DNA of 64,000 nucleotides from assembly GCF_009914755.1 (NCBI RefSeq), contig NC_060942.1. One strand, written 5' to 3'. This DNA comes from the human T2T-CHM13v2.0 reference genome, Homo sapiens. Of this stretch, positions 31,859 to 49,158 are shown piece after piece. How positions within the stretch are numbered: position 1 is the first letter of the stretch; each line of letters begins with the position of its first letter. A program made the translations under genes and the position numbers. The notes under the pieces are model-generated. The model searched no databases and was not told the DNA's origin. It was given only the letters and a program-made list of their open reading frames with translations.

Positions 31859-32744
31859 TGATTACTCAGATTAATTTTTTAAATAATGTGTTACTTTCAT
31901 CATTGAACCTCATAAATAGTTGTATAACTTTTGGTTTTCCCATCACCTAAAACAGCACATTACTAAAACTGCTGTAGCTTTACTTTAGCTGTTTATTTTT
32001 CAAAACATGAGTAATTATATTTCAGTGGATTGTCTTAATTTTATATGGCTGGGTATAGAAAGAAGAGTAACTCCACTTTAGAGATGGCAGTGGCCAGGAA
32101 TAATCATGATTCCCATCATTTTTGGCTGGAGAATTTTAAAAGAATATTGAAAAAAAGTAGTGCTTTAGAGGGGACTGTGCTAATGATTCTGCTATTGGCA
32201 GGTCACCCCAGGAGAAATAAGTCTCAGCCCATCAATTTGCTGATGCTACTTCTCTGGGAGAGGTGAGGATGTTCTCAAAGAAGGCAAGAGTACTCATTAT
32301 TGTAAAGATAAAACATGATTTAAAAGACTCATGAGAAAAGTTGTTTTCTAGAAGCACAGCAAACATCACGAGGAAGCCATGTTGCTTATCTGCAGTCTTT
32401 GCTTTGATATTTCTGTGTTGGATTAGTCTTTGACATTTGGAAATCAGTTCATCATTATTGGAGCAGTGGTGTTCTTAATAAGAAAAAAAAACATCTAAAG
32501 CAAACTAAATGGTGGAGAGGAAAGGCTGTATATGTTAAGAGGTGAGTTAGGAAAGCACGGAGGAACTCTGACTTGGAGCCGATTCAAATAGGACTGAGAG
32601 AAGTAGTGGATAATACCATAGATGTTTAATAACAGCTTGCAGACAAGGTTCAACAAGGACCTGTCAAAAGTAACTCTTCCAAATACCATGATAGAGTTAA
32701 GGCAGAGGACATCTTTGCATTGTTTCATTATGAAATATTTCTTA

Positions 32745-33083
<339 letters not shown>

Positions 33084-33368
33084 ATTTCAGAGAAAATCAT
33101 GGCCAACAGGTGTGTGTGTGCCCCTCAGCCCTATCAAAGCTCAACATGTTGCTATATTAACTGTAGATTTAAAATGCCATATTTGCTCCAGGATTTAAAT
33201 GAGAACAAATTACAGAGACACTTACCCCCTCTGTAATACCTTCCTCTCCTGTTACTCTCTCTCTCCTTTCTTTCCCAGGGGAGGGTTTAGTGTTTATTAT
33301 TTCCATGAGATTTTTTTAAAATGGCTTTTCATTACTTAGGTAAATACCTGTAAATTACCGCCAATATT

Positions 33369-33779
33369 TGTAGAGGGTTGAATGCTTGTCCTCCCAAAGG
33401 GTATGTCCACATCCTGACCCTCTGCAACCTGTGAGTGTGCCCTTATTTGGGAAGTGTCTTGGTGGATATAGAAAAGACATGATCCTCCACCATCCGGTGG
33501 ACCCTAAATCCAACAAGTGTCCTTACAAGACAGAAAAGAGAAGACCATGTGAAGATGGAGGCAGAGACTGGAGTGATACGGCCACAAGCCGAGGACGTCC
33601 TGGAGCCACCGGAAGCTGGAAAGGGCCAGGCAGGAACCCCTAGGGCCTTTGAAGGAGTGCTGCCCTGATGGTCCCTTGGATTCCAACTTCCGGCCTCCAA
33701 AAGGGTGAGAGGATACATTTCTGTTGTCAGCTACCCAGTTCATGCTTATTTGTGATGGCAGCCCTAGGAAACTCATGCA
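33369..33779 (+). mobile_element. MLT1B/C-type MaLR LTR
   Basis: TG...CA; TSD ATATT/GTATT; CCATGTGAAGATGGAGGCAGAGACTGGAGTGAT. Confidence 0.8.
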
Positions 33780-34121
33780 GTATTGATTTGCATCTTTCAG
33801 ACTAATGTAATGGTATGTTACTGTATCAGTCTACAACCTACTTTTTCTCACGGTTTGATATTTATCCATAATGCTACATATAATTTTATTTCATTCCTTT
33901 CCTTTGTTCTGTAGTGTTCCACTGCATGACTTTATTTCTAATCAGCTGAGTGACCTTGGGCTTATTTCTGTGTGTCTTCATATCCTAATCTATAAAATGG
34001 GGAAAATAATCACTAAAAATAGTGGAAGTATTAAAATTCATAAAAACCTATCTATCTTATAGAGTTCTTTTGAAAGTCAAATAATTTAATATTTTTAACG
34101 TTCTTACAATAGAACATTCCT

Positions 34122-34456
<335 letters not shown>

Positions 34457-35022
34457 ACAATAGAACATTCCTGAAACATAGTAATTGCCCTGTGTTAATT
34501 AAAAAATCTATTTATCTATTTGATTGTTGATGGATTTTTAGGATGGTTATGCTTTGCCATCATCATAAACAACAGAGCTATGAGCTGTATGTATCTTCTG
34601 GTCTACATATGCAAGAATTTCTCCGTGGTCTAGGCCTAGAGGTAGAATTTCTGAGTGTTTTGGAATTTCTGAGTATACCTTTAACTTTATGAGATCTTAC
34701 CCAATTGTTCTCCAGAGTGGTTGTAACCATGGTCTTTCCTCTTGAAATAAATGAAGTTTGTCCATGTCTTTGTCAATGCTTATTGTTATTAGAGTTCGGA
34801 TTTTTTGCTTCTCTGATGGATACAAAGTGGTTTAATTTCAGTATTCCATTTAACTATTATTTTTCATATTACTAGTGAAATTGAGCATCTTGTCAAATGT
34901 TTCTTGACTCTGTTTCCTATCTGTGAACTGTGGGTTTGTACCCCCATCTCTCTTTATATTGGATAGTTTATCTCTTTCTTATTTATGTATCACCCTTTGT
35001 GGATTCTGGACACTCTCTTTAA

Positions 35023-35496
<474 letters not shown>

Positions 35497-36229
35497 TAAA
35501 GAAATCTTGTTTGAAAAATCATTTTCTACCATAGTCATAAAATCTTGCTCTTATAATTCTTTTAAATGTTTTAATGGATTTGATTTTCATGCCTGGCATT
35601 TTAGTAGGCTTTGAATTATTTCTTTATATGATGTAAGTGAGGGATACAATATTTTCCATATGGATGACCAATTTTCTCAGATTTATTGAAAAGACTGGTA
35701 TGTCTCCAGCCTCTCTGAAACACTGATCTACTTAGTACTGCCTAGTACTGCAACAAACTCCCTCTCCTAATTGACTATGGTTTTGTAATAATCCTTATTA
35801 TCTAATAGGCAAGATCTTATCCTTCCCCGCCATGTTTTGTCTTTAGAAATGTCTTTGCTCTTCTATATTAAGAATAGACATGTTCAGTTATAAGAAAAAC
35901 CTTGCTTACAATTTTTAAAATTGGAGTTTCACTGATTTTTTAGTAAAATTCTAATGTATCTATGTGTCTTACCATTGAATAACATGGATTACATCTCTAC
36001 TATTCACAATCCTTTATTGTGTGTCCTTCAATGATATTTTTAGTTTTTTCTATAAAGGTCTTGTCCACTTTTAAAGAGATTTATTCATTTGAATCTTATA
36101 GTTTATGTTATTTCTTTTTCCTCCTTTTTTTCCTATTATAGTTCAGGCTTAGTTATAAAATAATTGTAAGTTTAAAAAATAAGCTTAAAATAAGCTTAAT
36201 TATAAAATAATTTATTTTGTTATTTATTG

Positions 36230-36530
<301 letters not shown>

Positions 36531-37282
36531 CTATTTGTTTAAAGTAGTTGCTGAACTCTTTGAATTGTTTTGCTTGCATTTTTCATGGTGACACATTTTC
36601 TACAAATTAGGAATTTTATAGAAATATTATCTCCAATCTTCTACTTTTTGTACCACTTATTTCTTTTTCTCACTTTAATTGCATTAGTGAGGTTAAGTAG
36701 AAATGTTATTAGGTATCCTTCATATGGGGTGTTCTTGCCCCTGAATTAAGTGGGAATGTGAATTAATCTCTTTCGTAGTGACGACTGAATGGGAAGGATC
36801 TTTGTACTCTTCCCATCCTTGCACTGTGGTGGTTAGAGATGTAGGAAGATATTGGAGAGACAAATAGAAAACATACCGTGAATAGGGCTTCTGGCAAAAT
36901 TCCTCTTGGCTCCACCTGAGCTGGTGATCTCAGGCTTCCTGTATAGGACAACACATATTTTTTCATACTCACTAGTTGTTCATTCATTCATGATTTTATA
37001 AGATTAATAAATGAGCAGTTTACCTACAAAAAATGGCAGGCAGTGTTCATGAACTTGGAGGGAGGGGAATGACTACAGCCTACCCTGTGGGGAGGGAAGC
37101 AGAAGCTCCTGTGTCTCACAGCTGAAGGGAGCTTGGGATGTAACGAGGGATACTTGCTTCTCTCTCCTGGCTTAGTGGCCAGAGGTAGCAGTGTGTAAGT
37201 GGTTAAGCTCATGGCAGTTTAGGGTGCTCAAAGCTTCTCCTTTATATTTGAAGCTGAGTTAAACTCAGATAAACTGCACTCT

Positions 37283-37522
37283 ATTGCCTAGGCCAGAGTG
37301 CAGTGTTGTGATCATAGCTCACTGCAGCCTCAGACTCCTGGGCTGAAGGAATCCTTTTACCTCAGCCTCCTGAGTAGCTGAGATTACAGGTGCATGACAC
37401 TACACCTGGCTAATGCTTTATTTTTTGTAGAGACAGGGTCTCACCATGTTGCTTAGGCTGGACTTAAGTGATCCTCCCGTCTCGGCCTCCCAAAGTGCTG
37501 GGATTACAGGAGTAAGCCACGG
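37283..37522 (-). mobile_element. Alu fragment (AluJ-like)
   Basis: Antisense, truncated at both ends. Confidence 0.85.
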
Positions 37523-39091
37523 TAAGAAGTAAGCCTTGGATCTTAAATGTAGTTTTAAAAAGCTGAACTCCGTGTACCTTTCCAAACTTCACAAGGAGCA
37601 TCTTTCAAAATATGCTGATCTAAGTCCCTAATATAATTTGAATATTTACAATAGAAAATTATTCAATTAGGCTACTATAGTCATTTTTCAGGAGAAGTTA
37701 GTGATAGTATGATCAATAAAATTTTTGTACAGGATGCAATGTCCTGCTGAATCTATTATGCATTACTGTCTTTCCTTTGAATATGCAAAAAGTAAACAAA
37801 TAGCATCTCTTTATGTCAGAAATTTAGACGTCCACAAAACCGCGTGGCTTCCTGGGGAGCTCTGCAATTTTTGCTTCATGAATGGGCAGGAGCCCAGCAA
37901 GTCCTGCCTCTTTGCTTCTGTCCACACTTAACAGACTGGCACCCTGAGGAGTTATTTAATTTAGAAAAGTGCTCCCAGTACTGCCTTCTACTCTTTATCT
38001 TAAATAGGCAAGTCTTCCTCCTAAGAAAAGACATCAGAAAAAGCTCCCTGGTGAAAAGAAAGCTTATCAACCACCGAGTCCCCGGGAGAAGCTGTCTCCT
38101 GCCTAATGGTAGGAATTATCTGTCTGAGCTTTGTGCTGTTACTGCAAGGACCCTTGGGCACACTCAAGCTTTCAAGAAGCTGTGCATCCTCTGCCCTGTC
38201 ATGGGAACCTGATTTGGCTGTTTTGCTGAGTCAAAGCATTGGACACTGCAGTCAGCTCCTTCAAGTCGCTGGCTTTCCCCTTTGGATTGTTTCTTTCATC
38301 TTTACCCTCAAAGTCTCATCCATTCTTCAGTCTGTGCTCAAATATACCTTTGTCCTTGAGACCTGGGAAGCCTTCCTGTGTCCCCACTTCTCTCTTCTCA
38401 CATTTGCTCTGTGTTATCTGTTTATACCTCTTGTTTTCATGGAACAAAGCTTGGGCTTTGGAGGTCAACCTTGGTTCAGATCCTGGCTCTGTGTCTCACT
38501 GCATGAAGATTTCTTCATTTTTATGATCCTGTATTTCCTCATTTATAAAATAGAGATAATAATGCCAAATGTCATTAAAAATGACACCATATTTGTGTAA
38601 AAAATAAATAAGTATATAAATCGTTTGACATGTTGTCTGTCAAACACTCGACCATATATTGTATTCTTCCTTCTTCCTGTTACAGGTAGTTACATATGAG
38701 CAGGGCAGGAGAGGGCTCTCCTTCGCCCCTACCCACTGGGAATGTCAGGCGATGGTTTGGCAATTATCACATTGCTTCTTTAAAAATGATAATTTGGCAG
38801 CCAGGGAGAGGCCATTTCCTGATGGTCCACACCTGTTAACATCAAAATGTTAACTGAATGCAGACCCCAGGAAGAAGCTACTGGGCATGCCTGTTAAAAG
38901 ACAATAATGGCGAAGTACCATGTTCTGGGTGGGGTACACACCATTGGAAAAGGGAAGAGAGCCTCAGATGGGCATGCGCATAAATCCCTAAACACACTGG
39001 GGTGTGCTCAAGTCCAAAGGGTGAGGAAAACACTGCGCATGCAGGAAGCCCACCCTAAGGGGAGAATCATGGGAAAGAGGCGAGTCTATAA

Positions 39092-39975
<884 letters not shown>

Positions 39976-40161
39976 TAAAGCCTTTTTAAATAAACTTCCA
40001 TTCCTGCTCTGAAAATTGCCTCAGTCTTTTTTTCTGCCTCATGCCCCTCGGCCAGTTTCTTTCTTCTGAGGAGACAAGGGCTGAAGTTGCTGAGGACCTG
40101 TATAGATTCGCTGCTGGTAACTTGGGGTAACTTGGTTCTCTGCCACCATTAACCTTACTAC

Positions 40162-40630
40162 TGTTAGAAACAGGTGCTCAGTGCCACAAGGAAAAACCAG
40201 CACTTAGAGAATTTCTCAGCAAGGCACATTTATTTCTGCAGAAGGGTGCTGCTCGCATCTGTCCTGACCACAAGAGCACACCGAACAAAGGAAGGAAGGG
40301 ATTTTTAACCCTAACACAGTTCCTGTCCCTGTGTCATTCCCTTATAGGCTAGGGTTGGACTACACAATCTAAACTGATCCCGGTTGGCTAAGACTTAAAC
40401 TTTTCTAAATAGGGTAAGTGTGTGATTTGTAAGAGAAGGAGGGGGTAGGAGTGGTCTGTCCATTATAGTAAAAGGCATGTCTGGACATGTCTGGGTATGT
40501 CAGGGTGCAACAAGAGTGGGAGGATGGTTTGCAGGCTAGAAACGAGACGACAAGGAGGTTGGGCTTTTCAACAAAGAACAAAAACATTAGACAATTAAAC
40601 CTTTTGAAGAGGAATTTATCATTCCTAACA
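40162..40630 (-). mobile_element. LTR10-family (HERV-I) solo LTR
   Basis: TGTTAG...CTAACA terminal inverted ends, perfect TSD CTAC, similarity to recalled LTR10 consensus. Confidence 0.8.
40473..40492. promoter_or_regulatory. Consensus p53 response element
   Basis: AGGCATGTCT-GGACATGTCT = two RRRCWWGYYY half-sites with no spacer. Confidence 0.8.
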
Positions 40631-41029
40631 CTACTATTTCATTTCTGTTTAGTTACTGATTATTTAATAACATTTTGATTCACAGGGGTGTTGGAACCAC
40701 ATCTTATACAACTCTCTATCCCCCAGAACTAAAGATATTTGTTGGGTGTATCAGGCAGTCTGTGAGGAGTTGCTGCATTAAAATAAGTTGGTCAAAAGAG
40801 AAACAGAGAAAAAAACAAAAGGCATATAACCAACATTCTATGTCCTCAATTTCTCTCTTCAGTTTAGAAAAGATCAGCAGATGTCCATGTCCTAAATACC
40901 AAAGGGCATTTTAGATCAGGACTGTGGCAGACTGGGTCCTAACAGTTCTTGTGGTCCCTGTTACTGGACAAGGTCTCAGAGCCATTGTGACTCCACTCAA
41001 AAGCCTTAAAACACTGTGTTTTCTTCCTT

Positions 41030-41345
41030 TTGCTACACAGGACATTTGTGGGACAATTGGCATAAGATCTACCTGCTAGGTAATAGTAGTATATCAATGC
41101 TAACTTCTGATTTTGATGATTGTACTGTGGTTAGTAAGACAGAAATATTTAGGAATAGGAAAGCATTATTATGTCTGCAACTTACTCCTCAGCTGTTCAG
41201 AAAAAGACCCATTAAGATACAGAGAGAATGATGGAGCAAACATGATACAATGTCAATATTTAGGAATCCAGTTGAAGTTTGTATGGGTATTCATGGTACT
41301 TTTTTTGCAACTTTTCTGTAAGTCTGAAATTATCTCAAAATAAAT
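41030..41345 (+). mobile_element. Old L1M (L1MC/ME-type) 3' fragment
   Basis: TATATCAATGCTAACTTCTGATTTTGATGATTGTACTGTGGTTA...GCAACTTTTCTGTAAGTCTGAAATTATCTCAAAATAAA. Confidence 0.7.
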
Positions 41346-41699
41346 ATGTTTTTTTGTAAACTGTTTGAGATCACGCTTGCATCTTCTCTGACTTGTAGCC
41401 AGATGGAGGAGTTACCAGACCAATTTATAGTCCTCTTTCCCTTCTCTGTAAATTAAGACGTATGCTTGCATACATGTCACAGCCTGGGAAATGACACCAA
41501 TTACCTAATGGGGTAAGCCTGATGGAGAGCTTTTGGGACAGTCAGAGCTGCAAGGTTAGAGGCATTTCTGATGCTTATCTGCAACTGGAAGCCTCACACT
41601 CCCCAACTCTGCATTCATTAATGAGATGTTAGCCCAGAGTTTCCCTCTCCCACAGAGATCAGGAATAAGTACAGATGTTGCTTGACCAATAATGTCTGA

Positions 41700-42076
<377 letters not shown>

Positions 42077-42090
42077 GACACACTTTTGTG

Positions 42091-42399
42091 TTTTTTTTTT
42101 TTTTTTTTTTTTTTTTTTGAGATGGAGTTTTGTTCTTGTTGCCCAGGCTGGAGTGCAATGGCGTGATATTGGCTCACCGCGACCTTCACCTCCCGGGTTC
42201 AAGTGATTCTTCTGCCTCAGCCTACCTAGTAGCTATGATTACAGCATGCGCCACCATGCCTGGCTATTTTTATATTTTTAGTAGAGATGGGATTTCTCCA
42301 TGTTGGTCAAGCTGGTCTCGAACACCTAACCTCAGGTGATCCACCTGCCTTGGCCTCCTAAAGTGCTAGGATTATAGGTGTGAGCCACTGCGCCCGGCC
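42091..42399 (-). mobile_element. Alu (AluSp-like)
   Basis: Antisense dimer; CACACTTT at both flanks. Confidence 0.93.
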
Positions 42400-42687
42400 C
42401 ACACTTTGTTAACAGACCTGCATAGTGGTCAGAATTTTTTAACTCCATAACAAAGTTGTCGTTGAGTAGAAGAAGAAGGGGAAAAGAATACCAGTATAGA
42501 TTTATCACATGTTTATGAAAACTGAAAGATAAATATTGGAACAGTTCTTTGTATGTAAGGGCTAAATTATATGCTTAATTGTAAATAAAACAGGTTTTCC
42601 CATAATTTTTCTTATGATGTTACTGGCCTGTCAGATTTCTCTCCCACAGCAAATCAGGGACAAATCCCACATCTGCAAGGGTAGGTT

Positions 42688-43237
42688 TGTCAGAGGCATG
42701 TGAACCAGAGCAAGTCCATCGTGAATAGGAGCTGGGTAAAATGATGCTGAGACCTACCAGCCTGCATTCCCAGATGGTTAAGGTATTCTAAGTCACAGGA
42801 TGAGATAGAAGGTTGGCACAAGGTACAGGTCATAAAGACCTTGCTGATAAAACACGTTGCAGTAAAGAAGCCGGACAAAACCCACCAAAACCAAGATGGC
42901 CACGAGAGTGACCTCTGGTCGTCCTCACTGCTACACTCCCACCAGCACCATGAGAGTTTACAAATGCCATGGCAACGTCAGGAAGTTACCCTATATGGTC
43001 TAAAAAGGGGAGACATGAATAATCCACCCCTTGTTTAGCATATCATCAAAAATAACTATAAAAATGGGCAACCAGCAGCCTTTAGGGCTGCTCTGTCTAT
43101 GGAGTAGCCATTCTTTATTCCTCGACTTTCTTAATAAACTTGCTTTCACTTTACTCTATGGACTCACCCTGGATTCCTTCTTGAGAGAGATCCAAGAACC
43201 CTCTCTTGGGGTCTGGATTGAGACCCCTTTCCTAACA
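42688..43237 (+). mobile_element. MER41A-type solo LTR
   Basis: TGTCAGAGGCATGTGAACCAGAGCAA...CCTAACA; lacks the GAS-bearing segment of MER41B. Confidence 0.85.
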
Positions 43238-44002
43238 GGGTCACAGCCTAAACTCATGTTGGGGTCACACTAGAACTCAAGCATTTCTGCCAGGCCCAGG
43301 GAGCAGCCCTTTCTAAGGAGCAGCTCCTGACAATAGGGAGGAGCAGACGGAGCCAAACGAGGCAAGACAGAAACGCCCCAGGTGTCAGCTGTCCCTCAGC
43401 CCTTCTCACCCTCTTAGCCTCAGATCTTCTCCCTCTGTCTACACACTCATCCTTCACATGAGGTTTTCAAGTCTGGGGACTAAAAACAGATACAGCTAAT
43501 TTTATAAAAATCTTGGAGAGGCACTGGGAGTGTAAAGAAGCACTTTTGGGAAACCAACACAGAAGTGAAGCCTAGACGGGGAGGTGTGTGTGGCGGAGGG
43601 GGTGGGAGATTCTCTCCACGTCACTGCGTAACACAGGATGTCGCAGCGCTGTGTGCACCCAGGGGCCAGCACGCAGATCTCAGTGACCTTAGGGCCAGTG
43701 CAGTGCAGTGGCTTTGGCTCCAAGCGAGGACTCCGTGCCCTGCAGCACTGGCACTGGGATCTTAACTGGCATGGATGGGTGATGGCGCTAGTGACAGCCA
43801 GGAGCGCTCACACACAGCAGAGGCATTGGAAAGGGGCAGAGATACAGAAGTTGCCACACTGGTAGATGGGAATGTGTTTTTGATTACCTTTGAGATGCCT
43901 TCTGGAGAGAGTTCCAGTTTTAGGGGGGAAGCAGAGATACAGAGGTACTATAGTAGTGAGTGACAGGTGAAGCAGAGAAGCACAATCTATATATGGCACA
44001 GC

Positions 44003-44245
44003 TTTTTTTTTTTAATCCATAGAGAGGTATAGATTAATTGATATCATTTGCATTTCTTAGCTTGATAATTTAGAAAGATTGTTATCTTTTTAGAATATCA
44101 ATGTATATGTGCACATTAAAATAAGTTATATCCATTTAACCACTACCTTTGTACTCTTACCTAATATTCACAAAAGTAATGCAGTGATGTTTTTAAGCTG
44201 AGGTGCACATCGGAATTACTAGGGAGTTGTAAAAACACATATGCC
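44003..44245. repeat. Local direct duplication, copy 1 (inferred donor)
   Basis: Aligns by eye with 48001-48241 along its whole length. Confidence 0.92.
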
Positions 44246-44360
44246 TCTATCCCACCCTTAGAAAGTCAGATTTAAAGATTTGGGATAAAGCCAAAATAGC
44301 TATAGTTAAAAAAAAATCTTTTAAGGAGATTTTAGTATTCATTTCTTTGTTGAGGACTAA
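44182..44360. mobile_element. MER5A-like hAT-Charlie fossil
   Basis: CAGTGATGTTTTTAAGCTGAGGTGCACATCGGAATTACTAGGGAGTTGTAAAAACACATATGCC...CCCACCC resembles recalled MER5A. Confidence 0.65.
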
Positions 44361-44940
44361 GAATAAACAATCTGTACTGTTACACAATATAAAACATAGT
44401 TATATACCTATTCTATATTTAGATAATAAGGTCGATAGTCATAATAAAATGTAATAGATGAATCACAAAAAATCATAATTAATTATAACGTCTTGCATTT
44501 CTGTTGCACTTTTCATCTTTTCAAAGCACTTTAAAACCATTATCCCGATTTACTCGTATAACAATCAAGAAAGAGAGGCGTGAAGAATTATTGGGCTGTT
44601 CCTTAGAATAGAGACAGTGATGTGGACAAGGCAGTATACAAAGTATGGGCATAGAGAGAGTCTTATGGGACCAGATCCAGGTAAGTGTTATGTGAACCAG
44701 GCTTAAAGCTTAAACCAAGTTTAGAACCAGGGGTTCTAAACGCACCCCTGGCATTCAACAGAGACTGCTCAGTGCCTTGTTTGCTTTTTGTGCTCAACTC
44801 TTCTACAGGAAAATTGCAGTCATTATAGTTAACTGCCTTGTTATCCTTATGTTCTATAGTTTAAAAGTGCCCCAAATCCCCACACATTGAAGTCTCCACC
44901 TGGCACCTGCCAGGAACACCTTTGGAAATCTATTCACTTG

Positions 44941-45237
44941 GGTTGGACGTGGTGGGTCATGCCTGTAATCCCAGCACTTTGGGAGGCCGAGGCAGGTGGA
45001 TCACGAGGTCAGGAGATCGAGACCATCCTGGCTAACACAGTGAAACCCCGTCTCTACTAAAAAAAATACAAAAAAATTAGCTGGGTGTGGTGGCAGGCAC
45101 CTCTAGTCCCAGCTACTCGGGAGGCTGAGGCAGGAGAATCCCTTGAACCTGGGAGGCGGAGGTTGTAGTGAGCCGAGATCACCACTGCACTCCAGCCTGG
45201 ACAACAGCAAGACTCTGTCTTAAAAAAAAAAAAAAAA
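44941..45237 (+). mobile_element. Alu (AluSc/Y-like)
   Basis: Dimer; TSD AAATCTATTCACTTG. Confidence 0.93.
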
Positions 45238-45248
45238 TCTATTCACTT

Positions 45249-45696
<448 letters not shown>

Positions 45697-46560
45697 TTAA
45701 GATTCCAGGCATAAGAGTTGACAATCTGGTTCTGCTTAGTGAAAACCAGCTTGCCCAGGTAACTTCCATTTTCACTAGAAAGTCCAGAACTAATTTAGGA
45801 GAGCAGCTTTGCCCACGTGAAGCATCTTAGTTCTTGTACTTTAGATAAGATTTAGAAGCATCCACAGACACATCATCTCCCATGTTAGTCGCCTGGCTGA
45901 GGAAGATACTCTTATCACAGTGCTTGCACGTTGTTGAAAATGCTCTTGTAGGATGGAAATGAAATGTGACTGTACAGATTTTGAGGTGAATATTTTTGAA
46001 CTCAATATATTCATTTTCTATGAATATTTCTAAGAGAAAAAATCAACAGAGACTTTGAACAATGGATATAAAATCAGAATGTCAAAGGAATAATCATCTT
46101 TTAATCTTTTCTTTATTAAACTTTAATTGTAAAAGCATTTGGCTGAATATAATTTTGTTTTCATTATCATTAAAAAGTCATAGCATTCAATTGATATTAT
46201 TTTATGTACATAAATCAACACAATCACTGATTTATTATTTGATACTTCTTTGTATAAACTGATCATTTAATAATTTTACTTCTAAGAGGAAAGGTTAATA
46301 TTTCTGTAGGTTTCAGCAGTAGAGGCAGAAATGCATACACTCATATGGGGTGAGTAAAAATATGGCTTCTCTCATCTGTCCCACCAATAAGAGTTTCTGG
46401 TTCTGCTTTTAAATGCCAGGAATCTGTTTGCTTTCTTCTTCCCAGGCATCATCTTCCTGGACAACCGCACTAGCTTCCTAAGCACATTTGCGTTTCTCCA
46501 TTTCCATTCTTGCTGAATCCCCTTCCCATTCACACACACAGCAGCCAAAATACTTTGACA

Positions 46561-46889
<329 letters not shown>

Positions 46890-48000
46890 TAGATCACATG
46901 ATTCCAGTTTCATCCAGTGGTTTCCCATTGCATTTGGGATAAGATCGAAACTCCTTGAGACCCAGAATTCTCTCTCCCTCTAATTCACTGTGCATCAGTC
47001 ACGCTGGCCTTGGGGTTTCAAGACCTGCAGTCTGATCCCCATCTCTTGGCCTGAACGTCCTCAGGTCTCAGCTTAAATGGCATTTCTTTGAAGAAGCCTT
47101 CTCTGATCACTCTGCCCTGTTCTTTCAGAGCCTTTATCACAAGGTAGAGAATTGCATATCCAGGAATTTGTCTACTCACTTAACACAGCTCCATGATGGC
47201 TGGGCTTTGTTTGCTTTTGTCCAAACTTTGTCTAGAGCAATGAATGAATGAATGAATATCAGAACGTTTCAAATAAGGCTGGAACTTGGGCAATGTGTGT
47301 GATTCCGTCTTACACAACATCCCCAAATGCTGGTCCAATCATCCCCACAAGATCTCAACAGGCTACTTATAATTTTTCACCCGTATGTTCATGGTGATCC
47401 AACTCTCCTTCCCTCTGTCATGTCTTTACTTCTCATTTCTCTCAATCTTATAATGAGGACATTGCAACGATTCAGTCAATACTATTCTCTACCATCACTG
47501 TCTACAGCACAGCATTTATTTTTCATTTTTGTATTTTTACCAAAAGATGTCATGAGTGTGTATCTGACCTCTTCAGTTACAAAGTGAGAAATTGAAGACA
47601 TGGTTCTCATTTTTCCTTGGCACTGAGCTCTGTGTTGAATTGAACACATGCATCCTCTCTGACATATATATAATTTTCTCCCTTCTCTTAATTTCTAGGA
47701 TTGCTTTTAAATGAGGAGGCTCCAAGTTCAATTTTGCATGAAATACATATTTTTAACAAGTTGATTTTTTAACAAGTTGATATTTTTTCACATGCTGTAA
47801 CCATCTGTCACTCAGTAAAGCCTAGAAATCAGACATATCAAAAACTAACCTTTTTTTTTTAAGAAGAAAATATAACCATTTTTTAAAAGACCATTATGCC
47901 CCCAGAGATTTAGGGTAATTTTGTTTTGAAGCAATACTGACCTCCTGTGGCCAGGAGAATCCTTCACTTTTTTTTTTTTTTTTTTTTTAAAGCAAGAGGG

Positions 48001-48241
48001 TTTTATTTTTTACATCCATAGAGAGGTATGGATTGACTTATTTGCATTTCTTAGCTTGCTAATTTACAAAGATTGTTATCTTTTTGGTATATCAATTTAC
48101 ATATGTACATTAAAATAAGTTATATCCGTTTGACCACTCTACCTTTTTACTCTTACCTAATATTCATCAAAGTGATGCAATGACTTTTTCAGCTGAGGTG
48201 CACATCGTAATTACCTAGGGGGTTGTAAAAATACATATGCC
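48001..48241. repeat. Local direct duplication, copy 2 (inferred insertion)
   Basis: Diverged copy of 44003-44245 with CAAGAG..TTTT.TT on both sides. Confidence 0.92.
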
Positions 48242-49158
48242 AAGAGTTTTTCTTGTAATACTTTCCCTATCATGACAGTATTTATTTTTGGCCCACAAAA
48301 TTTACTGTAATTTAGTAGTGTTGATATTTTCAGTCTGTAATTCTAGTCACAAAGGCAGTACTTAGCAAAGTAACGTCTTGTTCTCTATCAATTGTGGGGC
48401 GGGGGTGGAAATGCAACCCGATGTTGTAAGACCCCGAAGTCCAGAAGATACAGTATTTCAGGTGCATTCACTCTAAGTATGCGGTTATTTCTTCCATTTG
48501 GGGCACCTTTCTCCTGTTCCTCCCATTTCTATAAACAACGCCATTTTATTAACGTCACATTTTATTTGGGGTCAGCTGCTCCTTATTTAGCTATAGCTCA
48601 TTGTCCTCACCATCAATTTACATTTCAAAATACCTTACGTGTGACTCTCTCCGCCATCTGCATTTCACCACCTTTGTCTTCTGCTTCCCTGAAGATGGCG
48701 GTGGCCTCCTGGGCACCTTTTCTGCTCCTCTCCTCCTCTGCCCTCCCTGCTAGGCTCGCCCTCTCCTCTTCAGAAGCCCTCTGCCACGGATTGTCTTCTG
48801 ACCAGTGGCTCCTCGTGGGTCTGTGATGATCAGGCAGAAATTGGGATAAGAGTTCAAAAATGTTTATGACAATTAGAGCAATGTTATGTATGTTTGGATC
48901 TAAGAATACAAATTTTGGCTTGTATTTTTGTAGTTGGTCTTGTTTCCACTTCGTGTTCTAGAAATTTATTTCTACCATCTATTACAGCAGCACTGGTCAG
49001 TGATGGATTGGAAGAAAACTCGCCCTTCACGACGGAAGGTTTGAGGAGCACAGCTTTACTCCTTCCTGCTGGGTTCATCCTTCCTAAGCATCCTTGTTTT
49101 GTGAATTATTCCCTTACTCAACGATTTTAATGTCTTCTCGTTTTCCATTGTATCACGT

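Noticed and set aside
37725-38600. Cluster of overlapping ORFs up to 164 aa
   Set aside because: Partly MIR-derived, with no domain or exon structure; consistent with chance
42688-43237. Interferon-inducible MER41 enhancer
   Set aside because: The tandem GAS (TTCnnnGAA) segment of MER41B is absent between AAAAGGGGAG and CATGAATAATCC
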